Numbered from the stretch's first letter, positions 16,696-27,643 are shown. The stretch is 43,037 bases of DNA from Candidatus Tayloriibacteriota bacterium (GCA_016181525.1 JACOZD010000002.1:1-43037); one strand, 5' to 3'. Translations and numbers: made by a program. Notes: generated from the letters alone by a model not told the origin.

Positions 16696-18546
16696 CTACA
16701 CTCCCAAAATAACCGGAATGACGATGGGGCGTTTGGCGGTTTGCTGGAAGAGGTAGCGCGAGACGTTGTCGGTCACCTGATTTTTGACATAATCAAAGTT
16801 GATGGGGTTCATGCCCCGGGCGGCGTCCTCGATGGTTTTTTTGATGATGTAGCGGGTTTGCCGCAGAAGGTCCTGGGATTCGCGCAGATAAACAAAGCCG
16901 CGGGAGATGATGTCGGGCGATTTCTTGAGTTTCCCCGTCTGGGTGTTGACGCTCCCGATAATAACGAACATGCCGTCTTCGGCCAACATCTGCCGGTCGC
17001 GCAAAACCACCTCCTGGATATCGCCCACGGAGAAGCCGTCAACCATAACCGGCGAGGCCGGCGCCTTTTCCTTAAGAACCGTCATTCGTTCGCCTTTGTT
17101 TGTAATCTCAATAATGGAGCCGTTGTCCGGCACAATCACGTTTTTCTCTGGCGTGCCGAGGTCGCGGGCCAGCTCGGCGTGAAGGCGCAGGCGGTAATGA
17201 TTGCCGTGGATGGGGATAAAAAACTTTGGCTTAAGCCGGCGATGGAGCCACTCGATCTCGCCCCGGTTGCCGTGGCCGGTTGAGTGAATGTAGACCTCCG
17301 AGGTGCGGTAGTGGATAATCTTGGCGCCTTGGCGGGCCAGATTGTCCTTGAGTTTCTCCACCGTTTTTTCGTTCCCCGGGATGATGGAGGAGGAGAGGAT
17401 AACGGTGTCGCGGTTGTTTATCTGGACGGTTTTATGGGCCTTGGTGCCCATCCGCATCAGGGCGGCGAACTCCTCGCCCTGGGCGCCGGTGGCCAGAACC
17501 ACGATTTTGTCGGGCGGGTAGGCGCTCATCTCGGCGGCGGGTATGATGGTGCCTTTCTTGACCGTAAGCATCCCCGAGGTCTCGGCCACCTCGATGTTCA
17601 CCTTCATGCTCCGTCCTTCAATGACCACCTTTTTGCCGTATTTTTCGGCGATTTTAATGATATGAATCATTCTGGCCAGCTGGGAGGCGAAGGTGCCGAT
17701 GATAATCCGGCCTTTGATGTTTTTGATTATCTCCTCCAAGTTTTTGTGGACCACCGACTCCGGGGTGGAGAAACCGGGGTTCTCAATGTTGGTCGAGTCG
17801 GTTATGAGAAGGAGCACTTTTTTCTTATCGAAGATGCGGTAGGCCTCTTCTTCGGAGGCGGTCGGCACCTCGTCCACATGGTCGAGTTTGAAGTCGCCGG
17901 GATTAACGATAAGGCCGTAAGAGGTTTCAATGACGATGCCCATGGAGTCGGGGATGGTGTGGGTAACGTTGAAGAAGCTCACCGAAAGGGCGCCGATTTT
18001 CAAGTGGTCATCTTTCTCGATGATGCGGATATCCAAGTTTTTGAGATGCGGGAACTCCGCCTGCCGCTTTTTAATCATGATAGCGGTGAGGTTGCGGGTG
18101 TAGAGCGGCGGGTAGCCGATGCGGGGCATGAGATAAGGAACGCCGCCGATGTGGTCCAGGTGACCATGGGTGATAATGACGGCTCGGATTTTTTCCTTGC
18201 GTTCTTCGAGGTACTTGGTGTTGGGTAGAATGTAGTCAATGCCGGGAGTGTCTTCTTCTTTAAACTGAAAACCCATGTCCAGGACTAAAATGTCCTCGCT
18301 GGTCTCGACCAAGGTCATATTCTTGCCGATTTCCTCCACTCCCCCGAGGGGGATGATGCGGATGTCGCCCGGGGCGGGCGGAGGGATTTTTGCGCCTTCC
18401 CGCCCGCCGCCTCTCGCTGGCTCGCGGGAGACAGCTCTCCCCCCCGGAGCGCGCGGCGTCCGGGCTAGGAGCCCGGGCCGGCCGCTCCGGGGGCGGAGCC
18501 GGTCGCGGCCTAGCGCTCGTCTTAGTGTTCTTGGTGTGTAGGTCAT
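16696..18546 (-). CDS. rnj: ribonuclease J
   Basis: PLGGVEEIGKN, THGHLDHIG, HSTGHG, ISRGFVY; Arg-rich N-terminal extension. Confidence 0.95.
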   Translation of the reverse strand: MTYTPRTLRRALGRDRLRPRSGRPGLLARTPRAPGGRAVSREPARGGGREGAKIPPPAPGDIRIIPLGGVEEIGKNMTLVETSEDILVLDMGFQFKEEDTPGIDYILPNTKYLEERKEKIRAVIITHGHLDHIGGVPYLMPRIGYPPLYTRNLTAIMIKKRQAEFPHLKNLDIRIIEKDDHLKIGALSVSFFNVTHTIPDSMGIVIETSYGLIVNPGDFKLDHVDEVPTASEEEAYRIFDKKKVLLLITDSTNIENPGFSTPESVVHKNLEEIIKNIKGRIIIGTFASQLARMIHIIKIAEKYGKKVVIEGRSMKVNIEVAETSGMLTVKKGTIIPAAEMSAYPPDKIVVLATGAQGEEFAALMRMGTKAHKTVQINNRDTVILSSSIIPGNEKTVEKLKDNLARQGAKIIHYRTSEVYIHSTGHGNRGEIEWLHRRLKPKFFIPIHGNHYRLRLHAELARDLGTPEKNVIVPDNGSIIEITNKGERMTVLKEKAPASPVMVDGFSVGDIQEVVLRDRQMLAEDGMFVIIGSVNTQTGKLKKSPDIISRGFVYLRESQDLLRQTRYIIKKTIEDAARGMNPINFDYVKNQVTDNVSRYLFQQTAKRPIVIPVILGV

Positions 18547-18556
18547 TGTTTAACTA

Positions 18557-20296
18557 TTAATTTTTATTTACAAAAATATTCCAGACCTTGTCGGTCTCGA
18601 TGTACCATTCGTGGACGTTTAGGAACCTCTCGGCCGCGGTGGTGATGGAACCAAGGCCGACTCCCTTGACCTCTCGCGGCAGGACGTAGATAAAGTCCGG
18701 CGAGTAGAGAAAGACAGCCGGCACGTCCTCGGTCAGAATCTCGGCGAATCTTTGATACTTCTCCCGACGGACGGTGAGCTCGCTGGCGGCCCGGGCCTCC
18801 TCGAGGAGCTTGTCGGCGGCGGCGTCGGCGTATAGGGCAATATTGAGCCCCGGGTCATTGCGCTGGGAGGAGTGCCAGAAGGCAAAGAGGTCAAGCTCGC
18901 GGCCGACAATCTCGCCGAAAAGCAGGGAATCGTACTTGCGGGGCCGGATGACGTCTTGATTGAGGTCGCCAGTCTCAAAAATTTTAAGCTCAATCCGGGC
19001 GCCGATTTTCTCCCACTGGTCCTTCAAGAGCTCGGCCGCGCCGCGCAGTTCCTCGGCGTCCGAGGTGGAGATGGAGAAGGCCAGGGTATAAGTTTCCTTG
19101 CGGCTCTTTTTTTCCATGACCTGTTTCTCCTCGTTCCAGCTCCAGCCGTTTTTTTCGAGAAGAGCGCGGCCGGCCGCGGCCGAGGTGCTGGCCGCGTTTG
19201 CGTTTGGAGGGAGAGACAGGGGCACGGGTGAGTCGATGGGCGAGCCGAAGCCGCGGAGAACTTCCCGAACAATAATCTCGCGGTCAGTGGCCGTATTTAG
19301 GGCCTGTCTGACCTCGCGCAGAGATAAAACAGGGGCCTGATTTTGGTTGAAGAAGACGCCAAAGACCCGGGGCAGAGGGTAGCGGTCGAGGCGAGCGTTT
19401 GCGGAGAGATCCAGGGTCTCCCTCGGGGAGAGACTCCCGATACTCCCGATTTCGCGGCGGCGCAGGGCCTCGAGTCCAGCGCGCTCATTGCCGAAAAAGG
19501 TAAAGACGATTTTTTGGATTTTGGGCTCGCCTAACGGGTACTTGCGAAAGGAGCGAAGGATATAGAGATAAGGCAAACGACTCTCATTGGTTTTGAGTTT
19601 GGAGAGTTTATAAGGCCCCGAGCCGACCGGCTCGATGTTCCACTGGCTCCAGGCAAATTCATCGGGGCCGACATCCCTCCAGAGATGTCGAGGCAAGAGT
19701 CCCAAGGTGGCGTTCTCGAGAAAAGGCGGGTACGGCTCCTTGAGAGCGAAGCGGATGGTCTTGTCGTCAATTTTTTCGACTGTTATCCCGTCCCAGTTGG
19801 CTCGCTTAGGCGAGCGGGTGACCGGGTCCTGGGCGCGGGTGACAGTGAAAATTACGTCGTCAGCTGTAACCGGCGTGCCATCGTGAAAGTAGGCGTCTGC
19901 CCGGATGAAGAAGGTATACTCCCGGCCGTCGGGCGAGACGCTTACCGACTCGGCCATGTCGGGAATGAGTTCACCGGAGGGTGTGGCCTTGAGAAGTCCG
20001 GCGTAAATTAAGGCCACCAAGTCCTTATCGGCGTCGGTGATGGCTAGAAGGGGGTTAATCGAGCGCGGGGTGCCGATGATGCCTTCGGTTAAGGTGCCCC
20101 CGCGAGCCGGCACCTCCACCAGAAAGGCGGCATTTATGGTAGTGAGCATCCAGGCGACGCTCGCCGAGAGTCCGATGAAAATAAGGCAGAAAATCAGCCG
20201 TTCGGTTAGACTGAAGGCCTCGACGGCCCTCTCGGCTTCCGCAAAGAGCGCTATCCGCCTTTGACGCGTTATGAAGTTGCCCTTCGGTTGTAACAC
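18557..20296 (-). CDS. peptide ABC transporter substrate-binding protein (family 5)
   Basis: FHDGTPVTADDVIFT, PVGSGPY, N-terminal TM segment. Confidence 0.9.
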   Translation of the reverse strand: MLQPKGNFITRQRRIALFAEAERAVEAFSLTERLIFCLIFIGLSASVAWMLTTINAAFLVEVPARGGTLTEGIIGTPRSINPLLAITDADKDLVALIYAGLLKATPSGELIPDMAESVSVSPDGREYTFFIRADAYFHDGTPVTADDVIFTVTRAQDPVTRSPKRANWDGITVEKIDDKTIRFALKEPYPPFLENATLGLLPRHLWRDVGPDEFAWSQWNIEPVGSGPYKLSKLKTNESRLPYLYILRSFRKYPLGEPKIQKIVFTFFGNERAGLEALRRREIGSIGSLSPRETLDLSANARLDRYPLPRVFGVFFNQNQAPVLSLREVRQALNTATDREIIVREVLRGFGSPIDSPVPLSLPPNANAASTSAAAGRALLEKNGWSWNEEKQVMEKKSRKETYTLAFSISTSDAEELRGAAELLKDQWEKIGARIELKIFETGDLNQDVIRPRKYDSLLFGEIVGRELDLFAFWHSSQRNDPGLNIALYADAAADKLLEEARAASELTVRREKYQRFAEILTEDVPAVFLYSPDFIYVLPREVKGVGLGSITTAAERFLNVHEWYIETDKVWNIFVNKN

Positions 20297-20363
20297 TGTC
20301 TTGGTGCGAGCACGAGAAAGCGGAGGAGAGGCGCGGCCGGAGGCCGCGCCTCACGGGCGAGAG

Positions 20364-20603
20364 TTATGGGACGAGAAGAGCGGCAAAGGCCGCGGCCGCA
20401 AAAAACCCGCCCAGAACGCAGGTTCCGATGAAAAGCGTTTTTTCGAACCCCCTCCGAGTATGGAACGCTGAACTCCAGTTGTCGCCGAAGGCTCCGCCGA
20501 TGCCGGCGGCGCTCCTCTGGAGGAGGATACCGGCGGTGAGGAGGACAGCCAAAGCGATCTGGATGTATGGCAGGATGTTCCCGATGCTCGTCATTGCGGC
20601 CAT
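20364..20603 (-). CDS. secG: preprotein translocase subunit SecG
   Basis: ILLQRSAAGIGGAFG...TRRGFEK, two TM segments. Confidence 0.9.
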   Translation of the reverse strand: MAAMTSIGNILPYIQIALAVLLTAGILLQRSAAGIGGAFGDNWSSAFHTRRGFEKTLFIGTCVLGGFFAAAAFAALLVP

Positions 20604-20757
20604 TATAGCACGGCTCCCGGCGCCGGCAAGGTCTGCGGGTAACTTACTATTATAATCTATATTTGACCTCTTGTCAATATTGATTTAAGCTGGCTCGTCA
20701 TTATACTTGGAGTAAGGCCTTCTAGGGCTTTTTGTTTACAAGCTAAATTTCAGGCCC

Positions 20758-21093
20758 ATGAAAAGGAGTAAAACTAAAACTAAGAAGTCAAGCTCAAACC
20801 GGTTTAAGCTGGAGCCTTTAGGCGATAGGGTGCTTGTAAAACCCTCATCTCCCGAGGAGAGAAAAAGCGCGGGAGGGATTATCATCCCCGACACCGTCAG
20901 CAAGGAGAAGCCCGAGCGCGGCACGGTGGTGGCCGTCGGCAAAGGCAAGTTCGAGGACGGAAAACTTATTCCCCCGCGGGTTAAGGTCGGCGACGAAGTG
21001 GTTTTTTCCAAGTATGGTTACGATGAGCTCAAGATTGACGATATCGAATACTTTATCCTGCGGGAGGACGGCATTTTAGCCATAGTCAAGTGA
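20758..21093 (+). CDS. groES: co-chaperonin GroES
   Basis: PLGDRVLV, GGIIIPDT, VKVGD. Confidence 0.97.
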   Translation: MKRSKTKTKKSSSNRFKLEPLGDRVLVKPSSPEERKSAGGIIIPDTVSKEKPERGTVVAVGKGKFEDGKLIPPRVKVGDEVVFSKYGYDELKIDDIEYFILREDGILAIVK

Positions 21094-21099
21094 AATAAC

Positions 21100-22749
21100 A
21101 TGTCTAAAATAATTTTGTACAACGAAGAAGCCCGCAGAGCCCTCAAAAAGGGGGTGGATGTCGTCTCGGACGCCGTCAAAATCACCATCGGGCCCAGGGG
21201 CCGCAACGTCGTTCTGGACAAGGGCTACGGAGCGCCAACCATCACCAACGACGGCGTCTCCATCGCCAAAGAGATTTCTCTCAAAGATAAGTTCGAGGGC
21301 ATGGGGGCGGAGATTGTCAAAGAGGTGGCGGAGAAAACCAATGACGTCGCCGGCGACGGCACCACCACCTCGGTTATTCTCACTCAAGCCATGGTTGGCG
21401 AGGGTATGAGGCATCTCACTATGGGAGTAAACGCCATGGCCATCCGCGCCGGCATTGAGCGAGCGGCCGGTGACGTGGTGGCAGTGCTCCGCAAGCTTGC
21501 CAAGCCCATCAAAAACAAAGAGGAGATTATGCAGGTGGCCACCATCGCCGCCGAGTCGGAGGAGGTCGGCCGGATTATCGCCGATACCATCGAAGAGGTG
21601 GGCAAGGACGGGGTGGTGACGGTTGAGGAAGCCCAGACCTTCGGCGTGGACAAGGAGGTGGTGGAGGGTCTGGAGTTCGACAAGGGTTTCGTCTCGCCCT
21701 ACATGGTGACCAATGCCGAGCGGATGGAGGCCGAGTATCGCGACCCGGCCATCCTCATCACCGACAAGAAGATTTCCGGCGTCAAGGAGATTCTGCCTTT
21801 GCTCGAGAAAATGGTGGCAAGCGGCAAGAAAGATTTGGTGATTGTCGCCGATGACATTGAGGGCGAGGCCTTGGCCACCTTTATCGTCAACAAACTGCGG
21901 GGCGCTTTCTCCGTCCTCGGCGTCAAGGCCCCGGGCTACGGCGACCGCAAGAAGGAGTTGCTCGAGGACATTGCCACCACTGTCGGGGCCAAGGTGGTTT
22001 CCGAAGAACTAGGGGTCAAGCTCGAGAACGCCGATCTCTCCGCCCTCGGCCGGGCCGCCAAGGTCATCGCCAACAAGGATAAGACGGTCATTGTGGGCGG
22101 CAAGGGTCGGAAGAGCGATATCGAAGGCAGGATTGCCCAGTTAAAGAAGCAGCGGGAGGAGTCCGACTCTAAATACGACCAGGAGAAACTGGATGAGCGA
22201 ATCGCCAAACTCTCTGGCGGAGTGGCCGTCATTCGGGTCGGCGCCGCCACCGAGACCGAGATGAAGTATCTGAAACTGAAGATCGAGGACGCGGTCAACG
22301 CCACCAAGGCGGCTATTGCCGAGGGTATCATCCCGGGCGGCGGGGTGGCCTTCATCAAGGCCGCCAAGGAGGTGCGCGAGGTCTTTAAAGCCAAAAAGGA
22401 ACCGGCGGGGCTCGAATTTTCGCTCGGCTACGACCTGGTGCTCAAGGCCCTCGAGGCGCCTCTGCGCCAGATCGCCGTCAACGCCGGCAAGGACGACGGC
22501 TCGGTTATTGTCGAGAACGTCAAAAACGCCAAGGGCAACGTCGGTTACGACGCCGAGAAAGACGCCATTGTGCCCGACATGCTCGCGGCCGGCATCATTG
22601 ACCCGGTTAAGGTGGCCCGAAGCGGGGTAGAGAACGCCGCCTCCGCCGCCGCCATTCTCCTCACCACCGAAGTGGCCGTGGCCGAGGAACCCAAGGAGGA
22701 GAAATCAGTGCCCGGCGGAGGCGGCGGCGGGATGGGGATGGAATACTAG
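21100..22749 (+). CDS. groEL: chaperonin GroEL
   Basis: [17 protein letters not shown] tail. Confidence 0.99.
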   Translation: MSKIILYNEEARRALKKGVDVVSDAVKITIGPRGRNVVLDKGYGAPTITNDGVSIAKEISLKDKFEGMGAEIVKEVAEKTNDVAGDGTTTSVILTQAMVGEGMRHLTMGVNAMAIRAGIERAAGDVVAVLRKLAKPIKNKEEIMQVATIAAESEEVGRIIADTIEEVGKDGVVTVEEAQTFGVDKEVVEGLEFDKGFVSPYMVTNAERMEAEYRDPAILITDKKISGVKEILPLLEKMVASGKKDLVIVADDIEGEALATFIVNKLRGAFSVLGVKAPGYGDRKKELLEDIATTVGAKVVSEELGVKLENADLSALGRAAKVIANKDKTVIVGGKGRKSDIEGRIAQLKKQREESDSKYDQEKLDERIAKLSGGVAVIRVGAATETEMKYLKLKIEDAVNATKAAIAEGIIPGGGVAFIKAAKEVREVFKAKKEPAGLEFSLGYDLVLKALEAPLRQIAVNAGKDDGSVIVENVKNAKGNVGYDAEKDAIVPDMLAAGIIDPVKVARSGVENAASAAAILLTTEVAVAEEPKEEKSVPGGGGGGMGMEY

Positions 22750-22763
22750 GAAGATATGTTCAA

Positions 22764-22863
22764 TGTTCAACACTCGGTGTTGCACATCTCTCGGTGTTGC
22801 ACATCTCCCGACTGCCTACCGCTATGTGCAACACCGAGTGTTGCACACGGGCACGGTGTTGCA
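22764..22863. repeat. cluster of TGTGCAACAC-CGA-GTGTTGCACA palindromes
   Basis: Copies at 22764-22786 (inverted) and 22825-22847 plus partial copies; also at 23792-23814 and 30163-30183. Confidence 0.85.
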
Positions 22864-22966
22864 AAGTTGATAGTGAGGCCCGACTGAATGTCGGGCCTTT
22901 GCTTTTTAAGTGCTTTGTGCTAGATTCTTTGCAGCGTTGAACATTAAAACTAGAAAGGCAATATGA

Positions 22967-23701
22967 ATGAAAACGAAGAATATGACAGCTATTCTCGAGC
23001 GGGAAGAACTGCCCGAGATTGACCCGGAAAAACTGGTGGCGCGCAATGTCCTCGACTACGCCCGCGACAAGTTGGACTATAGGCATCCAAACGCCATAGC
23101 CCAAAATGAGGAGACCACACTATGTACAGCCCTGCGCACGGCAGGCATCAGGCCTCTGAATGAGAAGTCGGTGGAAAGATACAAAACAGAGATGCTTCAC
23201 AAGCACTCTCCCAGCTGGGTGAGCCGGTCCATGGCCTATGAAGAGCCAGTCCCCCTTTATGTTTTCGGCTCGTTTGCGGCCGCGGGTGTGATGGCGGCGA
23301 TGGTGGTGCTGGTGGCCGGAGGGGTTTATCTGTGGGCAGATAAGGTAGATTCCGCTCGCATAGGACTGATAATTTTGAAGTCCACTATTATCTTCCTGGG
23401 TTGCGGCACAGTCGCGACTTTGATGGCGTTTTTGGCGGGGATAGGAAGAAGGGTGTGCGGATGGAAGACTCTCAGTCTTGGAGAATACTCTCGTTTGAAA
23501 AAGGCGGTCCCAGAGTTTGCGCTGCAGACGGCCGTGGAGGTTCATCAGAGGTCTGGAGGAAAGGTGTTTTTCTTTGTTGAAGAGTTTGAGGTGGAGAGAA
23601 GAGTTATGGATCCCTTTCTCATCGCCCAAGGGCCGGAAGGCGATACTTACTATCTCGAGGTTTGGGACGAGCCTGGCTTCAAGCGAAAACGCAAGGCCTG
23701 A
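22967..23701 (+). CDS. hypothetical membrane protein
   Basis: 244 aa, two TM segments, C-terminal DPFL...YYLEVWDEP; own RBS and terminator (23727-23760). Confidence 0.8.
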   Translation: MKTKNMTAILEREELPEIDPEKLVARNVLDYARDKLDYRHPNAIAQNEETTLCTALRTAGIRPLNEKSVERYKTEMLHKHSPSWVSRSMAYEEPVPLYVFGSFAAAGVMAAMVVLVAGGVYLWADKVDSARIGLIILKSTIIFLGCGTVATLMAFLAGIGRRVCGWKTLSLGEYSRLKKAVPEFALQTAVEVHQRSGGKVFFFVEEFEVERRVMDPFLIAQGPEGDTYYLEVWDEPGFKRKRKA

Positions 23702-23791
23702 CTTCTTCCGGCCGTGCTTAATCTCCAACCGCTTCGGTTCAATTTTCGAAGCGGTTTTTTCTTTTTTGTGGTTGCTCTGTTGGGGAAGATA

Positions 23792-23814
23792 TGTGCAACA
23801 CCGAGTGTTGCACA
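23792..23814. repeat. TGTGCAACACCGAGTGTTGCACA palindrome
   Basis: Identical to 22825-22847. Confidence 0.85.
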
Positions 23815-23881
23815 AAGGCAGAATCGCACCATATCTCCATTCTCAAAAAAATTCGACATCGGATTTTGAAGTTGGTTTCCA

Positions 23882-24499
23882 GTGTCTCGTTTCTGGTTTC
23901 TTGGATATGCTAGAATTCTGGCGATGAGAGGTGAAAAAGGGCTGAAATGGATGTACATTTTGCTTGCGGCGGGGCTTGTGGCAGTTGTCGGCCTATCGCT
24001 GATTCTCTCTAAAGAGGAGAAGGAAGAAGGCCGGATGGAAAAATTGGCCGGGCCAAGCGCGGCCGAGAAATTTAGCTGGTCGACCTTCGCTCACGGCACT
24101 TTGCCTTTCTCCATCATGCATCCGCCCGCGGTCTCTCCGCGCGAGCTTCCCGGCACGGGCGCTCTCCATGCTGTGGCTGCTTTTTTTGACGGGACCCAAG
24201 GCCAGCCGAGCGAGCCGATTATGGTCATCGCGGCCGAGGATATGGAGGAGACCTACGGCCGAATTTATGCTTCGGCGGAGGAATTTATAAACGAGTCGCC
24301 ACCCTCGCCGGAGGCGAGGGCTTCGAAAGTCAGAGTGGGCGGCGTCACCGGACTCTTGCTCTCTGGAGCGGAGAATGGAGGCACCTCATACTCCCACCTT
24401 CTCCTGGCCAAAAAGGGAAGGCTTTGGAACATTATATTTAAGTCCGACTCCGCTCGAGCCCAAAAGATGCTGGCTACCTTCAAGTTTTTGGATAAATGA
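23882..24499 (+). CDS. membrane-anchored hypothetical protein (true start probably 23924 or later)
   Basis: N-terminal TM segment, ends MLATFKFLDK. Confidence 0.75.
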   Translation: MSRFWFLGYARILAMRGEKGLKWMYILLAAGLVAVVGLSLILSKEEKEEGRMEKLAGPSAAEKFSWSTFAHGTLPFSIMHPPAVSPRELPGTGALHAVAAFFDGTQGQPSEPIMVIAAEDMEETYGRIYASAEEFINESPPSPEARASKVRVGGVTGLLLSGAENGGTSYSHLLLAKKGRLWNIIFKSDSARAQKMLATFKFLDK

Positions 24500-24565
24500 T
24501 GTAATATACAAACTTATTAGCTAGTAGTCTGCAGTTTGCTAGTTCGGTAATTTAAAAAAATTTCC

Positions 24566-25123
24566 ATGACTATTCTATATATTGTGCTGGGGATTGCAGT
24601 TTTGATTCTTCTTTGGATTATTTTTGCCTACAATCGCCTGGTCTCACTGGTGAACCAAACCAAGGAGGCCTGGGCGGACATCGAGGTTCAGCTCAAACGA
24701 CGCTACGACCTCATTCCTAACCTTGTAAGCACGGTCAAGGGCTACGCCGCCCATGAGAGCGGCGCCTTCGAGAACGTGACAAAGGCCAGGGCCAGCGCCA
24801 TGGGCGCCACCTCTCTCCGCGACAAAGGTATGGCCGAATCGTCGCTGGCCGGCGCCCTGCGCACCGTTTTTGCCGTGGCCGAGGCCTATCCCGATCTTAA
24901 AGCCAACCAAAACTTCCTTGCCCTGGAGCAGGAGCTCTCCGACACCGAGAATAAAATTCAGTCGGCCAGACGTTTTTACAACGGCAACGTCAGAGACCTG
25001 AACACCGCCATCGAGTCCTTCCCAAGCAACGTCGTTGCCTCGCTCTTCCATTTCGGCAGGATGGAGCTTTTCGACCTGCCGGATGAGCACGCGGCCCAAG
25101 AGCCGGTGGAAGTGAAGTTTTAG
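24566..25123 (+). CDS. lemA: LemA family protein
   Basis: QLKRRYDLIPNLV, EAYPDLKANQNF, ARRFYN. Confidence 0.95.
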   Translation: MTILYIVLGIAVLILLWIIFAYNRLVSLVNQTKEAWADIEVQLKRRYDLIPNLVSTVKGYAAHESGAFENVTKARASAMGATSLRDKGMAESSLAGALRTVFAVAEAYPDLKANQNFLALEQELSDTENKIQSARRFYNGNVRDLNTAIESFPSNVVASLFHFGRMELFDLPDEHAAQEPVEVKF

Positions 25124-25208
25124 TACGTGACCCGAATCACCAATTCGCCCGAATAACACAATTTATTAAGTGTTACTCGCGACCATTCGCGGATTGAGGT
25201 CGAGTTAT

Positions 25209-26117
25209 ATGACTACTTTATACTCTCATCGCCGGAAAAATATCCAGAAAACCTGGCTGCTCGTAACCTCCTTTTTTCTCATCATCATCGCTCTCGGCTG
25301 GACCTTTAGCCAAATCTACAACAGCCCCGGCATTCTTTACTTTGCTGTTATCTTTAGCATTGTCATGAACATCTTGAGTTATTGGCACTCCGACAAGATT
25401 GCTCTGGCCCTCTCCGGCGCGCGCTCGATTCAAAAAGCGGACAACCCGGAGCTTTGGAATGTGGTTGAGAACCTCTCCATCGCCGCCGGCCTGCCCATGC
25501 CGAGGCTTTATGTCATCGAGGACGCCGCTCCCAACGCCTTCGCCACGGGTCGCGACAAGGAGCATGCCGCCGTGGCCGTTACCGCCGGTCTTTTAAGTAT
25601 TTTAGAGCGGTCGGAGCTCGAAGGAGTGATTGCCCACGAACTCTCGCACATTGACAACCGCGATATTCTCGTTTCCACAGTAGTTGTGGTGCTAGTGGGG
25701 TTTGTCACTCTTCTTTCGGACTTCTTTTTGCGCAGCCGATTCTTCGGCCGCCGCGACAATCATCGGGGCGGAGGCGGAGTGCTGCTTCTCATCGGCCTCG
25801 CTCTGGCCATCCTCTCGCCTTTGGTCGCCACCATTATCCAGTTGGCCATCTCCCGCAAACGGGAGTTTCTGGCTGACGCCTCGGGGGCTCTGCTTACCCG
25901 CTACCCCGAAGGGTTGGCCGGCGCTCTGCGCAAGATTGGCGGTTACGGTCAACCCCTGCGCCGAGCCAATCACGCCACCGCCCATCTCTTTATCATGAGC
26001 CCCTTTGGGCCCGAGGAGGAGAAGACGGGTTTTTTGACCAAACTCTTTATGACCCATCCGCCGGTGGCGGAGAGAATAAAAGCTTTACTAGGACGCCATG
26101 CGGATAACCTCCACTGA
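25209..26117 (+). CDS. htpX: M48 zinc protease HtpX
   Basis: PNAFATG, AHELSH, SRKREFLADA, THPP; ATG 25209 preferred over the upstream GTG. Confidence 0.95.
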   Translation: MTTLYSHRRKNIQKTWLLVTSFFLIIIALGWTFSQIYNSPGILYFAVIFSIVMNILSYWHSDKIALALSGARSIQKADNPELWNVVENLSIAAGLPMPRLYVIEDAAPNAFATGRDKEHAAVAVTAGLLSILERSELEGVIAHELSHIDNRDILVSTVVVVLVGFVTLLSDFFLRSRFFGRRDNHRGGGGVLLLIGLALAILSPLVATIIQLAISRKREFLADASGALLTRYPEGLAGALRKIGGYGQPLRRANHATAHLFIMSPFGPEEEKTGFLTKLFMTHPPVAERIKALLGRHADNLH

Positions 26118-26664
26118 CCGTCTCATCTCCTGGCTGATTTTACCGGTAATTCCGAGCTGGGTGACGCCTAATCAAGTTACTCTCCTCCGCTTTTTTCTTA
26201 TTCCTTTCGTGGTTTACCTCCTCATGATGGAGGAGTTTCGTCGGGGAGCCATTCTGTTTGGTCTGGCCGCTCTAACCGACGCCCTCGACGGCGCCATGGC
26301 CCGCTACCGCAACCAGATTACCGAGTGGGGGAAAATCTATGACCCCCTGGCCGATAAACTTTTGGTGGGCACGGCCGTGGGTGTTTTGGTGACCAAGTAC
26401 GTGAGTGAGTACCTGGCCGCGGCCATTATCTTCGTCGAGGTTCTCCTTATCGTCAATGCCTTCTACAAAAACCAAGCGGAAGGAAAGGTGATTCAGGCCG
26501 TCTGGGCCGGCAAACTCAAGATGATTCTCCAGTCGTCCGCCATCTTGCTCCTTCTCGTTTCCCTCATTTTCTTTATTCCTTCGCTCATCGCCGCCGTCAC
26601 CGGCCTCCTTTATCTTTCTCTCCTCTTTGCTTTGATTAGTCTCCTTGTCTATCGTTCTATTTGA
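26098..26664 (+). CDS. pgsA: CDP-alcohol phosphatidyltransferase
   Basis: PNQVT, TDALDGAMAR...WGKIYDPLADK. Confidence 0.85.
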   Translation: MRITSTDRLISWLILPVIPSWVTPNQVTLLRFFLIPFVVYLLMMEEFRRGAILFGLAALTDALDGAMARYRNQITEWGKIYDPLADKLLVGTAVGVLVTKYVSEYLAAAIIFVEVLLIVNAFYKNQAEGKVIQAVWAGKLKMILQSSAILLLLVSLIFFIPSLIAAVTGLLYLSLLFALISLLVYRSI

Positions 26665-26710
26665 AAGAATGGGCTTGAGTGTTTAGTATGAAGGAGAGTA
26701 TGAGGTGGAA

Positions 26711-26800
26711 GGAGGGTTCGCATAGTGGTCTAGTGCGCGCGCTTGGAAAGCGCGTAAGGGATAATTCCCTTCGAGAGTTCGAATCTCTCACCCTCCGCCA
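26711..26800 (+). tRNA. tRNA-Ser(GGA)
   Basis: GGAGGGT/ACCCTCC acceptor, anticodon GGA, long variable arm, GTTCGAATC, encoded CCA. Confidence 0.95.
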
Positions 26801-27055
26801 GTTGGGAAAATGCAAATTTGCAGAGGTCAGCTCGCGGCGCGAAACGCGCCGCTCGCACAGGATTTGAAAGGGATTTTTTGGCGAAAAGGAAAAGGATTTA
26901 TCAATGAAGGGCAAAAGAAATTTTTTCATAAGATTTTTCTTCAATGAGCGGCAAGTTGCCGCTCATTGACTTTTATTGTATAATATGCTATCCTTGAGTG
27001 AAATCTGGGTATGTTGCCTGGATGGAATCAAACAGTTCTTTGAAAGGAGAAAAAG

Positions 27056-27361
27056 ATGGAAAACACATCTGTGCATGAGAACAGCGGTGCTCGAGCACGA
27101 CTGAAGCCGGGGGCATTACTGATTTGGCGGGTAGCCCTACTGAGCTTGCTTGGGGTTGTGGTTGCTGCAATCTTCAAAATCAACATGCTCGTAGCACTGA
27201 CCATGACCGCCTTGGGTGTTGCCCTCGGAGTAGCGGGCTGTGGTTTTCTCTTTCAAAACAGGAAGGGGTTTACTGCTCGCGACAACCTCATGGCCAATCT
27301 CGTCGGTGGAGGATGTCTTCTGTCAGCCACTGCGATTCTGGTCTGGACATGGCTACTCTGA
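27056..27361 (+). CDS. small membrane protein
   Basis: Three hydrophobic segments; promoter TTGACT-17-TATCCT (26966-26994) and GAAAGGAG RBS. Confidence 0.75.
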   Translation: MENTSVHENSGARARLKPGALLIWRVALLSLLGVVVAAIFKINMLVALTMTALGVALGVAGCGFLFQNRKGFTARDNLMANLVGGGCLLSATAILVWTWLL

Positions 27362-27534
27362 TCTCGAGCTCAATCCGTGCCCCATGGTTACGATACGTCG
27401 TTGCTGTGGGGCATTTTCTTTTTCAGCGAGAATTTGCCGCCAAAGCCAGTGAATTTTTCAATAATTTTAAATTGAAAAATTCACTGAATTGAGTTATACT
27501 TAACTCAATAAAAACTTGAAATCGTTAACGCTCT

Positions 27535-27643
27535 CAGCTTCGCCTTTCATTTTGCCCGCCCGCACATTCCGAGCCGCGCACAGCGCGGCGAGGACAGAAT
27601 TCCGTTCGAGCTATTTCAAGAATACACCGCCAGTTGGGAAATG
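27535..27643 (+). repeat. dispersed repeat ending in the tRNA-Ser 3' junction sequence
   Basis: Inverted homolog at about 29168-29375; shares CCGCCAGTTGGGAAA with 26795-26809. Confidence 0.75.

Noticed and set aside
16666-18228. Long + strand ORFs 16666-17283 and 17284-18228
   Set aside because: Antisense shadows of rnj caused by GC-rich codon usage.
20640-20757. CIRCE operator upstream of groES
   Set aside because: No TTAGCACTC-N9-GAGTGCTAA match was seen.
26657-26944. 95 aa minus-strand ORF
   Set aside because: Antisense to tRNA-Ser and repeat DNA.
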